From contig OZ024743.1 of the NCBI GenBank assembly GCA_964016885.1, positions 22,506,001 to 22,570,000 of the forward strand: a DNA stretch of 64,000 bases, written 5' to 3'. The number at the start of each line of letters is the position of its first letter. The first letter of the stretch is position 1. A model generated the notes under the pieces. That model saw nothing but the letters and a program-made list of their open reading frames with translations. It had not been told where the DNA came from and did not search any database. This document shows, one piece after another, positions 53,293 to 64,000 of this stretch. The stretch is from Eledone cirrhosa. Lineage: Eukaryota. The position numbers and the translations under genes were made by a program.

Positions 53293-54246
53293 AAAAAATG
53301 AAAGGCAGGTTATACGATGCCTGCATACGAACAGCAATGCTGCATGGCAGTGAGACCTGGGCATTGTGTGCAGAGGATATACGCAGACTAGAGAGGAATG
53401 AAGCTTGCATTCTCCGCTGGATGTGCAATAGTAATATACGTGAACGGCAAAGCATAAACGAACTAAGGAAAAAATTAGAAATAAGAGGGATCAGATGTTG
53501 TTTACTCGAGAGAAGGCTACGTTGGTACGGTCACGTGATGCGCATGAAAGACGACAGCTGTATAACAAAGTGCAGGGCAATAAAGATAGACGGTAGCCAC
53601 GGAGTAGGCAGACCCAGAAAAACATGGGACGAGCTGATAAATTCCGACCTCACACGCTTACACCTCTCCAAGACAATGTCACTGGATCGAGACCTTTGGC
53701 GGTACTCAGTAATAGAGAAGACCCGCCTTACCTAAATACAAAGTAAAAAGCTACTACAGTCAGTAGGCATCTCTATCAAAACACCCCCCCCCGTCCCACC
53801 ACCTCCACACCATCCACACCGCCCCTTTCAATGTAAAGTTATGTTGGTCCCACAACATCCAGGCCGAAACAAATGAGATCGTGTAGGTGTCACGACAAAA
53901 AAACACACAGTCCACGCTGTAAATGTGGCCGTGTAGGCAACACGGTAAAAACCTCCCAGCCCCACACTGTAAATGTGGTTGGTGTTAGGAAGGGCATCCA
54001 GCTGTAGAAAACCCGCCAGACAGTCCACGCTGTAATGTGGCCGTGTAGGCAACACGGTAAAAACCTCCCAGCCCCACACTGTAAATGTGGTTGGTGTTAG
54101 GAAGGGCATCCAACTGTAGAAAACCCGCCAGACAGTCCTATGCAAGCAAGACAACCACTCTTGCCTCAAGTGGGAAAACCCCCGTCCAAACCCATGCAAG
54201 CGTGGAACACGGACGCTAAACCTGATGATGATGATGATGATGATGA
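53293..54246 (+). mobile_element. RTE LINE, 5'-truncated young copy, nearly identical to the reverse complement of 12254-13205
   Basis: The 145-aa ORF remnant differs at 2 residues from the full copy. It has the same duplicated 3' UTR and a (GAT)n tail. Confidence 0.95.
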
Positions 54247-54853
54247 ATAAGTGCCATATTGAAAATGGCAACATTGGAGCCAAATTCTATATTTAGATTT
54301 CTCACTTTAACTTACTGTTTGAAGTTTTCTGACAGATCTTGTCTGTAAGTTTTTGTTAATATAAGTGGGTTAGAAATACTATGAATTTGGCCAACAAACA
54401 TCAGAGAAGGTGTCTGGAAGAATCACAAAATAATTATTTTTGAAAAGTAAATTATGAAATATTGGCTTCTGTATAGAACAAAACCATAAATGTGCAAAAA
54501 AAATAAAATAAATAAATAAATCTGCAGATGGTGGAATCCCTTCCAATATATAATAAATTAAATTAAAATAAGAACAAATATTAAACATGTATCTTTAAAT
54601 AGGGGGTGGGAGGGAAAGGAGAGGTGAATAGATTAGAGAACAAAGAAATGTTTAGCTAAATATAATTATCTAGTAAACTTTCAGATGTTGCTTCATGATC
54701 ATGGTGGAGAGAATTACCAGTATTTATTTTCTTTATTCCCTCTAGGACAAAAAGTAAGGTATGTTAAATCCAATGAAACTTGAACCAAACAGGTAAAGTA
54801 ACATAACTAGTTCAAAACACAACCTATCACACTACTGCATCTGCCATCTCTAG

Positions 54854-55043
54854 ATTGGCAGAATTGGTAGAGCATCAGACAACATGCTTAGTGACAGAGT
54901 TAAGGCCCTTTACGCTGAGTTCAAATCTACCAAGGTTAGCTTTGCCTTTCATCCTTACAGGGTTGATAAAATAAAGCACCAGTAATGCACTGGGGGTCGA
55001 TTTAATCAACATTCCCCTCCCTCCAAAATTGCTGGCCTTGTTC
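54854..55043 (+). mobile_element. SINE-A, long variant
   Basis: Contains GGGGGTCGATTTAATCAACATTCCCCTCCCTCCAAAATTGCTGGCC. Confidence 0.85.
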
Positions 55044-55261
55044 CTAAAGTAAAAAAAAATTATTCCGATATTTTATTTCTTGGTGAAGGTATTGGCACGG
55101 TGCACAGCCAGTGATACCCATGGTTTCAGCCACTCCATCTCATGGGGCTTCTTCCTCAGACAAGTCTAACAGAAGTAACATTTTAAGAATATCTACAACC
55201 TGTTTCCCACAGCCAGATTAAGAAAGGCTCAATGGCTTAGCTATGTCTCGCTCATACGGAA

Positions 55262-55557
55262 GTGTCTGGCAGGATTTCTACGGCTGGATACCCTTCCTAA
55301 CACCAACCACATTTACAGTGTGGACTGGGAATCTTTTTATTATGTCGCCTACACAACAACCACTTTACAGCGTGGACTGAGTGCTTATTGTTGTGTCACC
55401 TACACAGTAGACGGAAATGGGAGGATGGGGTAGGGTGTGTGGGATGGGGTGTATATTGGGTTAAGAGGTGCCTACTGACTGTAGGTTTGTATGCAAGGGA
55501 AGGCTGGTCTTCTGTATAACTGCATGGCACCAAAGATCTTGATCCAGTGACATTGTC
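55262..55557 (-). mobile_element. RTE LINE 3' fragment, diverged
   Basis: Matches the reverse complement of 8260-8600. Confidence 0.75.
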
Positions 55558-55722
55558 AGAATATGTTAAATGACTACTTGGTGCATATGTTCTGCATCAA
55601 GTTTTGCATCCTTGTAAATCTATAAGACTTCTGTTTCTAAGAGTTCTGTAAACTAATTAGTTTTCATCAAATATTTGGTTTTCCTACTGCATAGAATTGT
55701 GAATTGTTCAAACCCATGAAAC

Positions 55723-55951
55723 TTAACCATTTAGCATTTAAACCGGCCATATCTGGCCAGAATTCTCTCACCTCTTTCTATTGAAACCAGCTGTAACTGG
55801 CTGCTCATACTGATGTTAAAGTATTGATCTCAAAATAAATAATATCAAAATCTCATAGCTTTGATATTATGTGGGATAATTATGTGAAATAAATTGTTTA
55901 CCATGAAAATATAATAGTAAATATAAAGTAAGGTAAATGGTAAAGTGTTAA
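55723..55951 (+). mobile_element. piggyBac-type MITE
   Basis: TTAACCATTTAGCATTT ... AAATGGTAAAGTGTTAA. Confidence 0.82.
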
Positions 55952-56093
55952 AGTTATTTAGACCTGACTATTGTGAAACTGATGAATCTTTGTCATGAAG
56001 ACAGAACAGTAAAATACCCATGAGCAAGAGCATAAAAACTACTGATTTGGTTTTATTCAACAGATTCACTAAAAAGAGAAAAATGCTGAATTG

Positions 56094-56319
56094 TTAACCC
56101 TTTAGCATTTAAACAGGTCATATCTGGCCAGAATTCTCTCATCTCTTTCAGCTCAAACTGGCTGTAACCAGCTGCTCATACTGATGTTAAGGTATTGTTC
56201 TCAAAATAAATATCAAAATCTCATAGATTCGATATTATGTGAGATAATTATGTGAGGTAAAGCCTTTTCTGTGAAAATATAATAGCAAATAAAGAGTAAT
56301 GTAAATGCTAACGGGTTAA
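56094..56319 (+). mobile_element. piggyBac-type MITE
   Basis: TTAACCCTTTAGCATTT ... AAATGCTAACGGGTTAA. Confidence 0.88.
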
Positions 56320-56805
56320 GTATCACAGACTCATCAATTTTGATTTCAAATTTAACCTCATGTTAACCATAAGGCTATTAAAAACAACAATTTCTAATTT
56401 AGGCACAAGGCCAGCATCTTGTGTGTGTGGAGGGGTGGGGCTCATTCATAGTGACCACAATAGTTTACTGGTACTTTGTTTTATCAACCTTGAAAGGTAA
56501 ATTTGACCTTAGCAGGATTTGAACTCAGAACAAAAAGAAACATAACCAAATACCACCAAAACATTTTGTTCAGCACACCAATGACTGCCAGTCCATCCAA
56601 AATAATGGTTTTTACTTCAGGCACATGGCCACATGTTTGTTAATTTATCTCATTGACTCCATAAGGATGAAAGGCAAAGTACCTCAGCAGGATTTGAACT
56701 CAGAACATAATGGAACTAAGAGTTATTTCATTATAAATACTACAATGTGGAAGGAAAGGGTTGACAAACCAATCAGTCAGTTAATTGCTAGTATATTTCC
56801 AGTAT

Positions 56806-57019
56806 TAAAGGATGTTAAGAGTTAAATGTAAAAAAAAATGTTTACAATGTAGTTGGAGATTCTTGTTTCCAAATTTCATACAGTTGTCATTGATATTTTA
56901 TTAATTGCAAAAATAATAAAATGTCTGATGACAAATTTCTGAAATCTGGAAACACAACTCCAACTAGATTGTAAGAATTCTTTTTTTTTTTTTTTCAGTT
57001 TAACTCTTAACGTCCTTTA
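56806..57019. repeat. ~215-bp imperfect palindrome (fold-back)
   Basis: The arms pair along their whole length around a central TTGCAA. The terminal 21 bp have one mismatch. Confidence 0.85.
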
Positions 57020-57365
57020 CCACATGAAATCACATTAGTAAGACACTCTTGAAAAGTACAAAACAACACGATGATTGCATCATGTTAAAAACCAGTCTTT
57101 TACTCTAATACTGCAAATTTGTACAATCTGTTCACTAGAAAAGTGATATAGCATGAGCATAAAGTCTTTCCCTGATTATAAACCTTTATTAAGCAAAACA
57201 AACAGTCTTCGGGACACTTCTAGCATAGAAGTTTTTTTGATTCAAAGATAAACTTCAGTGAACTTCAATATGGGCCCCACTCGTCACTGAGGGCACATCT
57301 AAGCGATATTCAATTTCACACCATGGAAAAGACTTTATGCTCACTTTGTATAATAAACATTTGAG

Positions 57366-57553
57366 TTAACCCTTTAGCATTTAAACTGGCCATATCCGGC
57401 CAGAATTCTCTCACCTCTTTCTATTCAAACTGGCTGCTCATACTAACATTAAGGTATGTTCTCAAAATAAATAACATCAAAATCTCAGATTCGATATATT
57501 TACCACAAAAATACAGTAGTATATATAGAGTAGTGTAAATGCTAAAGGGTTAA
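57366..57553 (+). mobile_element. piggyBac-type MITE, internally deleted, perfect TIRs
   Basis: TTAACCCTTTAGCATTTA ... TAAATGCTAAAGGGTTAA. Confidence 0.9.
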
Positions 57554-58949
57554 CAAACCCAATTTTAGGTTTTTTTTCTACTAAATTATTACAGAACTAA
57601 TTAACTTTGCACAAGCAACATTTAGAAAAAAAAACCATCACATTAAAAATCAGTGTCTTTAGTCTAATACTGCAAATTTCTATGATCTGTCCACTGGTAA
57701 AGATACTATAAACATTTGAATTAAACTTAATTTGAGATATTTTCTGCTAAACCATTATAGTATGTCTAGAACTGATATTCTTAGAAAATGTACAAGATGC
57801 AGGACATGGGGTGATTAATTGTTCATTCGTTGAGTTATTTAATGAAGCAATAATGTATCTGAAGGTAAGTATGTATCTTAAGTGGAAATACATAAATACA
57901 TAGTTAGTTTTGGAGAACTAATCAGTCTGCATGTAACATCCGTAATAACACATGCCACACTCACACAGATGCACATGCAAATATAAATACATACCCACAT
58001 ACACAAATACACTGATACACATGCAAATATAGATACACAAACAAATACACTGATACACACAAACACACACACAAATACTGATACACACAAATACAAATCC
58101 ATACACGCAGACACACACATATATAGTGAAAGAAAGAATAGAAACTTCTCATTTAATACATGGTTATATAATTATATCAAGAAAACAAACAGGAACCACA
58201 AACATATGTATATTATTGCTATGTTCTACAATACCATACACAACACATTACTGAGAGGTTGATAAATTTACCAGGATCTATACTCATATTCTAAAAAAAC
58301 ATTTTGTCTACAATAGAGTACAAGTAAAGCATTACTAAATTATAAACTACCTGAATTAGAGCTGATGGAATAAATACAAGATGTAAAAAAATATATTTTT
58401 AAAATGCAAATGAAAAGAAAATACTTGATGTAGTAAGATTCAACCCATGTTAATGTTTAAATGATTATGCTGTCTTTCCTTTAATTTTTTAATCCCTTTC
58501 ATTTTAAAAGACTTTTCCATGTCTGTCTCATCATCATGATGGTTTAATGTCCATTTTCCCAGCTAGCAAGAGTTGGACATGTCAACACAGACTGGTCAGT
58601 ACTTAAGCAGAGCCTTTCACCACATGGTGGACCTAACATATGACCCTGCACTCTACAGAGTGAATTTTATTGTGGTTTCAACACGAGGGAAATAATCATG
58701 CCTTTGACTGAAGAGCCATCCCAACCCTTTAACCGGTTTTCTACAGCAGGATACACTCTGTATCATCAACCACTTTATAGAGTATATTGAGTGTGTTTTT
58801 TCTATAGTTCACCAACACTTAAGATATGATTTGCTAGTAATAAGCTACTCTACCTAGCATTCACTGATCTGAAGAAGGAAGGCATTTTAAAAAGGTTCTA
58901 CACATTGAGAATTCTTGTATGTTGGTCTTGTATGTTAGTGACCTAGTTC

Positions 58950-59300
58950 TCATATCAAAGATTTAGAGAGGAAATTCCAAACTTGGAAACAAAACTTAGA
59001 ATTGAGAAAGCTAAATGTAAACATAACAATGACAAAATGTTTAGTGAGCAGGAAAGAAGAATGATGTGAGGAAAAAAGCCTTGCTCAATGTACAGAGAAA
59101 TAGAAAGTAAAATTCCATATTGTGTACCTATTGTGAACTATGGATGCAAAAGAGATCTAGTGGAATCACAAGGAGACTGGCAAAAACAGGAAACTGCATA
59201 TGTGATAGAATCACATGCAAAATATATTCCTTCAAATGCTCAGAAGGTTCTCAAAAAGTAGTTGATATGTTTGATATTTTTCGATACTGAGATGACATTA
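58950..59300 (+). mobile_element. Decayed RTE ORF fragment
   Basis: RKFQTWKQNL.., TKCLVSR.. and GATCTAGTGGAATCACA resemble the 13330-13680 region. Confidence 0.55.
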
Positions 59301-60359
59301 TTAAAAGTAAAAGTAGGTGATGGTGATGATAATACACATTGTCAGGTAGATAGATATTTAATGTTTTGTTTTTTAAATCTGCAGAGAAGATAAGTAAAAA
59401 ACATTGTGATCATTATTTCCTTTGTATAGACTTATAGTTTCATGAACAATTCAGTCACGACTGAAGATGTAAAATAAAAGAAAAATGTCTTAAAACTTAA
59501 TTTTACTCTATTATTTTATCTAGATTTTGTGATTAATAAAAGAAAACATGCACAATTTGTCTATGGCAAATCAATATTATATTTTCATTGTCATTCAATT
59601 TTTTACGTGATTATTTTGATTGAGTCATTGTATTTTACTGTCAGTGAGACAAGGATTGTTGTAGCATTCAGAATCCAGTATTTTAGACATGTCAACTATT
59701 AAATAAATGAAAAATAAATCAACTGAAATAACATTAAAATGTTTAGAGGCAATTGTAGCTAGAGGCATTTTTCATAGCAAAATTACTGAGATGAGGATCT
59801 TTTATGCTTTTTCTCAATTACAACAGAGTTTACAGTTATGTATTGTAGAAGGTTATACATTTGTGTAAAATAGTTGCCAGCTCAACTGATGTAATGCTCA
59901 ACCTATTGGCTGAACAGTCAGCACTCAATATCAGTTAACTACCGCTACATTGTGTCGCTCACAACTAATGTAAAAAAATTGTGTCCAAATTTTAACAGCC
60001 AGTAATTAAGTATAGGTACATGGCATTTTCTGCCAGAAGTTGCGACTGGTAGATAGTATCAGCAATGGAAAGATCAATGGAAACATTGTTTCTTTGGTTT
60101 GATTTGACAAACAAATGATGTCTTGGATCTTGTTGATTGATCAGTGTGAGCAAGCGAGAGTGAACATGGCATTAAGGGGGAAATGTTACTGATCAATCTT
60201 ATACAATATTTCCAAAATATTTGGTAACTATCCCTAAACTGCTAGGTTCTAAGGGAACTGAGATATATAGAATAAGATGAATAGTTTAAATATATATGAA
60301 TTTCATTGTTTTAACAACAGGTTTTAAAATTTTCAAAAAATTCATCTAATGCTTCTGGA

Positions 60360-61500
60360 AAAAATTGCTGCTAGTGATATGAAATTAAAGCTCTACTTAT
60401 GTATCACCATCCAAAATCTAAGGGTAGTAAAGGGAGAAGCTATGTTTACTTTGGTGCTCAATTAAGAACACATGGAGTACTGATAAGCGTTTTGAAGACT
60501 GATTTATGTACCTTTTTTTATTTTACCCTCACGTAGAATGGTACAGTGCCAGGCATAATATTTCCAACAATGTATTGTTCTTTTAGACAATGAATCAAGC
60601 CATTCATCATCATTTTACGTCCGCTTTTCCCCCAATTGCAAGGGTGGGACGGGAACTGATTCTGGCTTGATTTCTACAGCTGGATGCCCTTCCTAACACC
60701 AACCTCATTTACAGTGAGTGCTGGGTGCTTTTTTGCCGTGGCACCTCCACAACCACTTTGCAGTGGAATGATAGGGACTGGGGTCCCCATCTCATTTCTA
60801 CAGCTGAGTAAACTGGAGCAATGTGAAATAAAGTGTCTTGCTCAAGGAAACAACACATCACCTGGTCTGAGAATTGAACTCAAAACCTTTCAATTGCAAG
60901 GCCAATGCTCTAACCACTAAGCCATGGGCCTCCATTCAGTGAACTTAAATTATATTTCTGATAATATGAAAAAAGAATATACCCCATAAAACCTAACTTC
61001 TTTGTTCCAGTCAATGGATCACTGTGTGAGGGCTAATTTTAAGGCATAGTATCCAAGAAATTAGAAACAACAGATAACATACAGTTAGAGACTTCTGTTC
61101 AACTTTATATAGCTAAGTTATGACATGAAGTAAAACCATCATATATGAATGGTATTTAGAAAAATATGCAGTCAGACTGTATCTGCACATTTACAAGTTT
61201 TTCACCAATAAAAAAAAAATGCATCAAATTTGTCAAAATATTGAGACACTGGCAAATAATGTAGGGTTTAAAGAAGTCATAGAAGATGTAGTTGAGATGC
61301 TAGTCAAAAGTTTGTCTAATGAGGAGCTGCTATTGGAACAAGAGTGTGCTGCAGGGCCAGAAGAAGATATGGAAGCTCCACTAACTCCATTTAAGTTGAC
61401 TCCAAAGAATATTGCTAAAAGGTTGGCATTTATAGACGAGGGTCTGAAGGACCCTTGCTATTAACAATCCTAATTGTGAACATAAAGATTACAAGAAGAG
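60360..61500 (+). pseudogene. Tigger/pogo (TIGD1-like) DDE transposase relic, interrupted by SINE-B
   Basis: Remnant motifs in order: AASDMKLK.LLMYH..QN.R (cf. NAAGDFKLKPLLVYHSENPR), VLLDNESSH (cf. LLLDNAPGH), TSLFQSMDHCVRANFKA*Y (cf. TSLIQPMDQGVIANFKAYY), and GFKEVIEDVVEML..LSNEELL. Confidence 0.75.
60603..60931 (-). mobile_element. SINE-B with a 7-bp target-site duplication (CCATTCA)
   Basis: Highly similar to 40088-40402. CCATTCA occurs at 60600-60606 and 60932-60938, and there is a (GAT)n tail. Confidence 0.9.
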
Positions 61501-61616
61501 TTATATCGAGTTTCTTTCTTACACTGAGCTGCATTATAAGCACCAAAGAATTTAGACGTTCTTTACACCTCAAGTAAATATTGATGATAAACTATAAGGC
61601 AGAAGATAGTGTCCAA

Positions 61617-61676
61617 CATCATATGTTCGTGTAGTATGGCATAACTAACGATATGCCATACTACACACATATAATG
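61617..61676. other. 60-nt hairpin with a 15-bp perfect stem
   Basis: GTGTAGTATGGCATA (61629-61643), an 8-nt loop, TATGCCATACTACAC (61652-61666), extended by ATATGT/ACATAT after a 2-nt bulge. Confidence 0.85.
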
Positions 61677-62505
61677 AATGCAGGCAGAAAGGTGCAATGA
61701 CATTTTTAGGTACCTATACTACCCCCCTCACTATCTAGTTCTCTTCAGATAACCTTCCACTTCTCCCACTTAGTCCACCAACATCTTTGATCACTTCTTC
61801 CTCATCCAACCCATACTAACAAGGAAAGTTGGCTGCACCTTAGCAGAGCAGTGTCAGGTGCTGCTTGTTCACCCTCTTACTTCAAAACTAACCTCCTGAC
61901 CCAACACCCCCACCCCATTCACATCCCTGATTTCCCAAGTATGGAAAGAAAGATGAACCCACCACCATTAAAATGTACCATCCAACATCACTCTTTCAGG
62001 CCACCATACTAAATATATGATCCTGTGATTTAGTAATTGTTATAGAATAAGTTAATCTAAATAAAATCTAAGTTCTTTGTAAAAGTTCAGTTTGACAGAT
62101 GACAGTTAATCACACTGAAGCACATGCATTAAATAATTGACATTTTAAATATAAGGAATTTTATTTCAGTAAAAAGAAAGTATTCTTCAACATCCTTCCT
62201 TATCACACCCACAAACACTACATATCAATGCCATTAGATTAAAAGATACTGCAGTTCTCAATGTATCACATATGTGAGTGCAGGTGATTATATGTCTGTA
62301 AATAACATTCCCTTTTACTGTTAAAACCATTTTCCCCTCCGATAAACACTTCTCTCTCTAACTGCGTAGCATATTCTCAGTAAATTGCGTTCTCTTCCTT
62401 TCAACTTTACAACGTACCTCAGAAAAACATGCACGTTCTCTCTCTTTCTTTGCCTCCGTCTCCAGCTCCATAACATACATATGTACATAAGCATATTAAT
62501 ATTAA

Positions 62506-62660
62506 GGGCGGTGGATTGGCAGTATCGGTAGAGGGTCGGACGCCATGCTTTGAGGCATAGAGTTGCCATTCTGAGTTCAAATCCCGCCGAGGTTAACTTT
62601 GCCTTTCATCCTTACGGGTTCGATAAAATAAAGCACTTGTGCCAAAAAGTAGAAACAATT
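62506..62660 (+). mobile_element. SINE-A, internally deleted, with an ATTAATATTA target-site duplication
   Basis: GGCGGTGGATTGGCAGTATCGG head, and ATTAATATTA on both sides. Confidence 0.88.
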
Positions 62661-62914
62661 AATATTATAGGTTGCTATATAAGGTGGTGGATTGGCAAAA
62701 TTGGTGAACTATCGGATAAAATTCTATTGCGATGTTTGTTATGGCGTTTTGTGTTCAAAACTATCAGAAGTCAACTTTGTCTTTCATCCTTCTGTAGTCA
62801 ATAAATAAAGTAGCAGTCAAGTACTGGGATTGATTTAATCAACTATGCTCTTCTTCCAAATTTGCTGGCCTTGTGCTGCCTAATTTTAGAAATCGATAAA
62901 ACCACACGTTATAG

Positions 62915-63490
62915 GTGCTAGACATGACAGCTAAATAGCTCTCAAATCACATTCTACTGTTTTTGTTTTTTTTAAAAAGACATTAGATAATGTAGTCCTA
63001 TTTAGCTTAAATATTGTAGTCCTATTTAGCACTAAAAAGGAGGATAGTCTCGCAATCCTGATTAGATTTAAGTAACAACATTAAAGCAGCATAAAGGAGC
63101 TTTCTATGTAGTCGTTTGACCCTCTAGAAATAGCAACCAAACTGTTACTCATATACTCATGCTCTACTATTTTTAAAATGGTATCTAATACAACACTGGT
63201 TAATGATACCCGGGATGGATATGGATGGATGCTTTTAACTGTAGGTTTCATAACGGTCTCAACAAAAACCTAATTTACATACACAAACAATAACAAGTAG
63301 GTTACGCTCCTCGCAGTCGTTTAACATGCTAGAAATAGCAGCGAAATTTTCCTTAAAGCATACCCTATCATTTAAAAAAAAATGAAGGCCACATTGGATA
63401 ATGTTCTTCCAGATAGATTGTCTCAAACTAAAAAGAGGGCATGATCAACGTTTTCTCAGTCAGGTTGACTTGTAGGTAAACAATAAAACT
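62915..63490 (+). repeat. Three head-to-tail decayed copies of an unclassified ~200-bp interspersed repeat
   Basis: Recurrent CTAGAAATAGCAGCCAAAT..TCAAATCACA..AAAAAG..ACATTGGATAATGTAGTCCTA. Also seen at about 9100, 11080, 17705, 36900 (-), 43130 (-) and 45600. Confidence 0.7.
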
Positions 63491-64000
63491 TGATTGGAAA
63501 ACATTTTTAAACTAAAGTAATTGCATTTTAGTAATTAAAAGTTACATTTTACTCTTTAAAAGAAAAAAGAAACACACGAAACAACTTATATTCACTTTAT
63601 ATACATTTCGTGTTGTCAAAACGTCGACGAACTTTTTGCACCTGGTCACCGACAATATTCCTATTGTTATGTCTGGTCAGTAACGCAGTATTTGATCCAA
63701 TATTTACCCCGTTGAAGTCAACTTTACTTTCCCTTTCCCTCCAAAATGTCTGGCCTGTGTAAGAAATGATTATGTCTTGTAAGGAACGAAGCAGCTCCAT
63801 TGTTGGAATGTGGTTAGAGCATCTATTGGTTTTAATTCGGCCCTGGTGATGTTACTACAAAAAACATAACACTGGCAAAACTTCCCACCTCCAGAAAATA
63901 CGAATGTGTTCTATGAGCAGATCTAGTATTTTTCCTGGAATCTCTAGTAAATAGTTTGGCTCCATTTTCAGCACAACTAGTGTATTGAGGATGAAGAGGA

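Overview
AT-rich, repeat-dense eukaryotic DNA. The repeat families look like those of an octopod cephalopod (inferred, not proven). The only host coding sequence I can support is one 162-nt, phase 0-0 exon on the minus strand (20031-20192). It encodes part of the GAF-A domain of a PDE11/PDE5-type cyclic-nucleotide phosphodiesterase, so the rest of the window is probably two very large introns. Those introns hold a near full-length but frameshifted RTE-clade LINE (12254-16256) with several truncated relatives, a full-length dead L1/Tx1-clade LINE (21133-26863), about 20 copies of a ~190-bp tRNA-derived SINE (SINE-A), a second SINE (SINE-B) sharing the RTE 3' end, TTAA-flanked piggyBac-type MITEs, a Tigger/pogo transposase relic, and many micro- and minisatellites. 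The most interesting signal is an apparent ATT-targeting retrotransposon pair. SINE-A and the Tx1-like LINE share a ~30-nt 3' terminus and an (ATT)n tail, the SINE target-site duplications begin with ATTA, and the two elements stack head-to-tail in AAT tracts. Other leads are near-identical inverted RTE copies bracketing the symmetric PDE exon (circRNA or exon-skipping architecture) and several strong hairpins. Most long ORFs in the supplied track are microsatellite artefacts.
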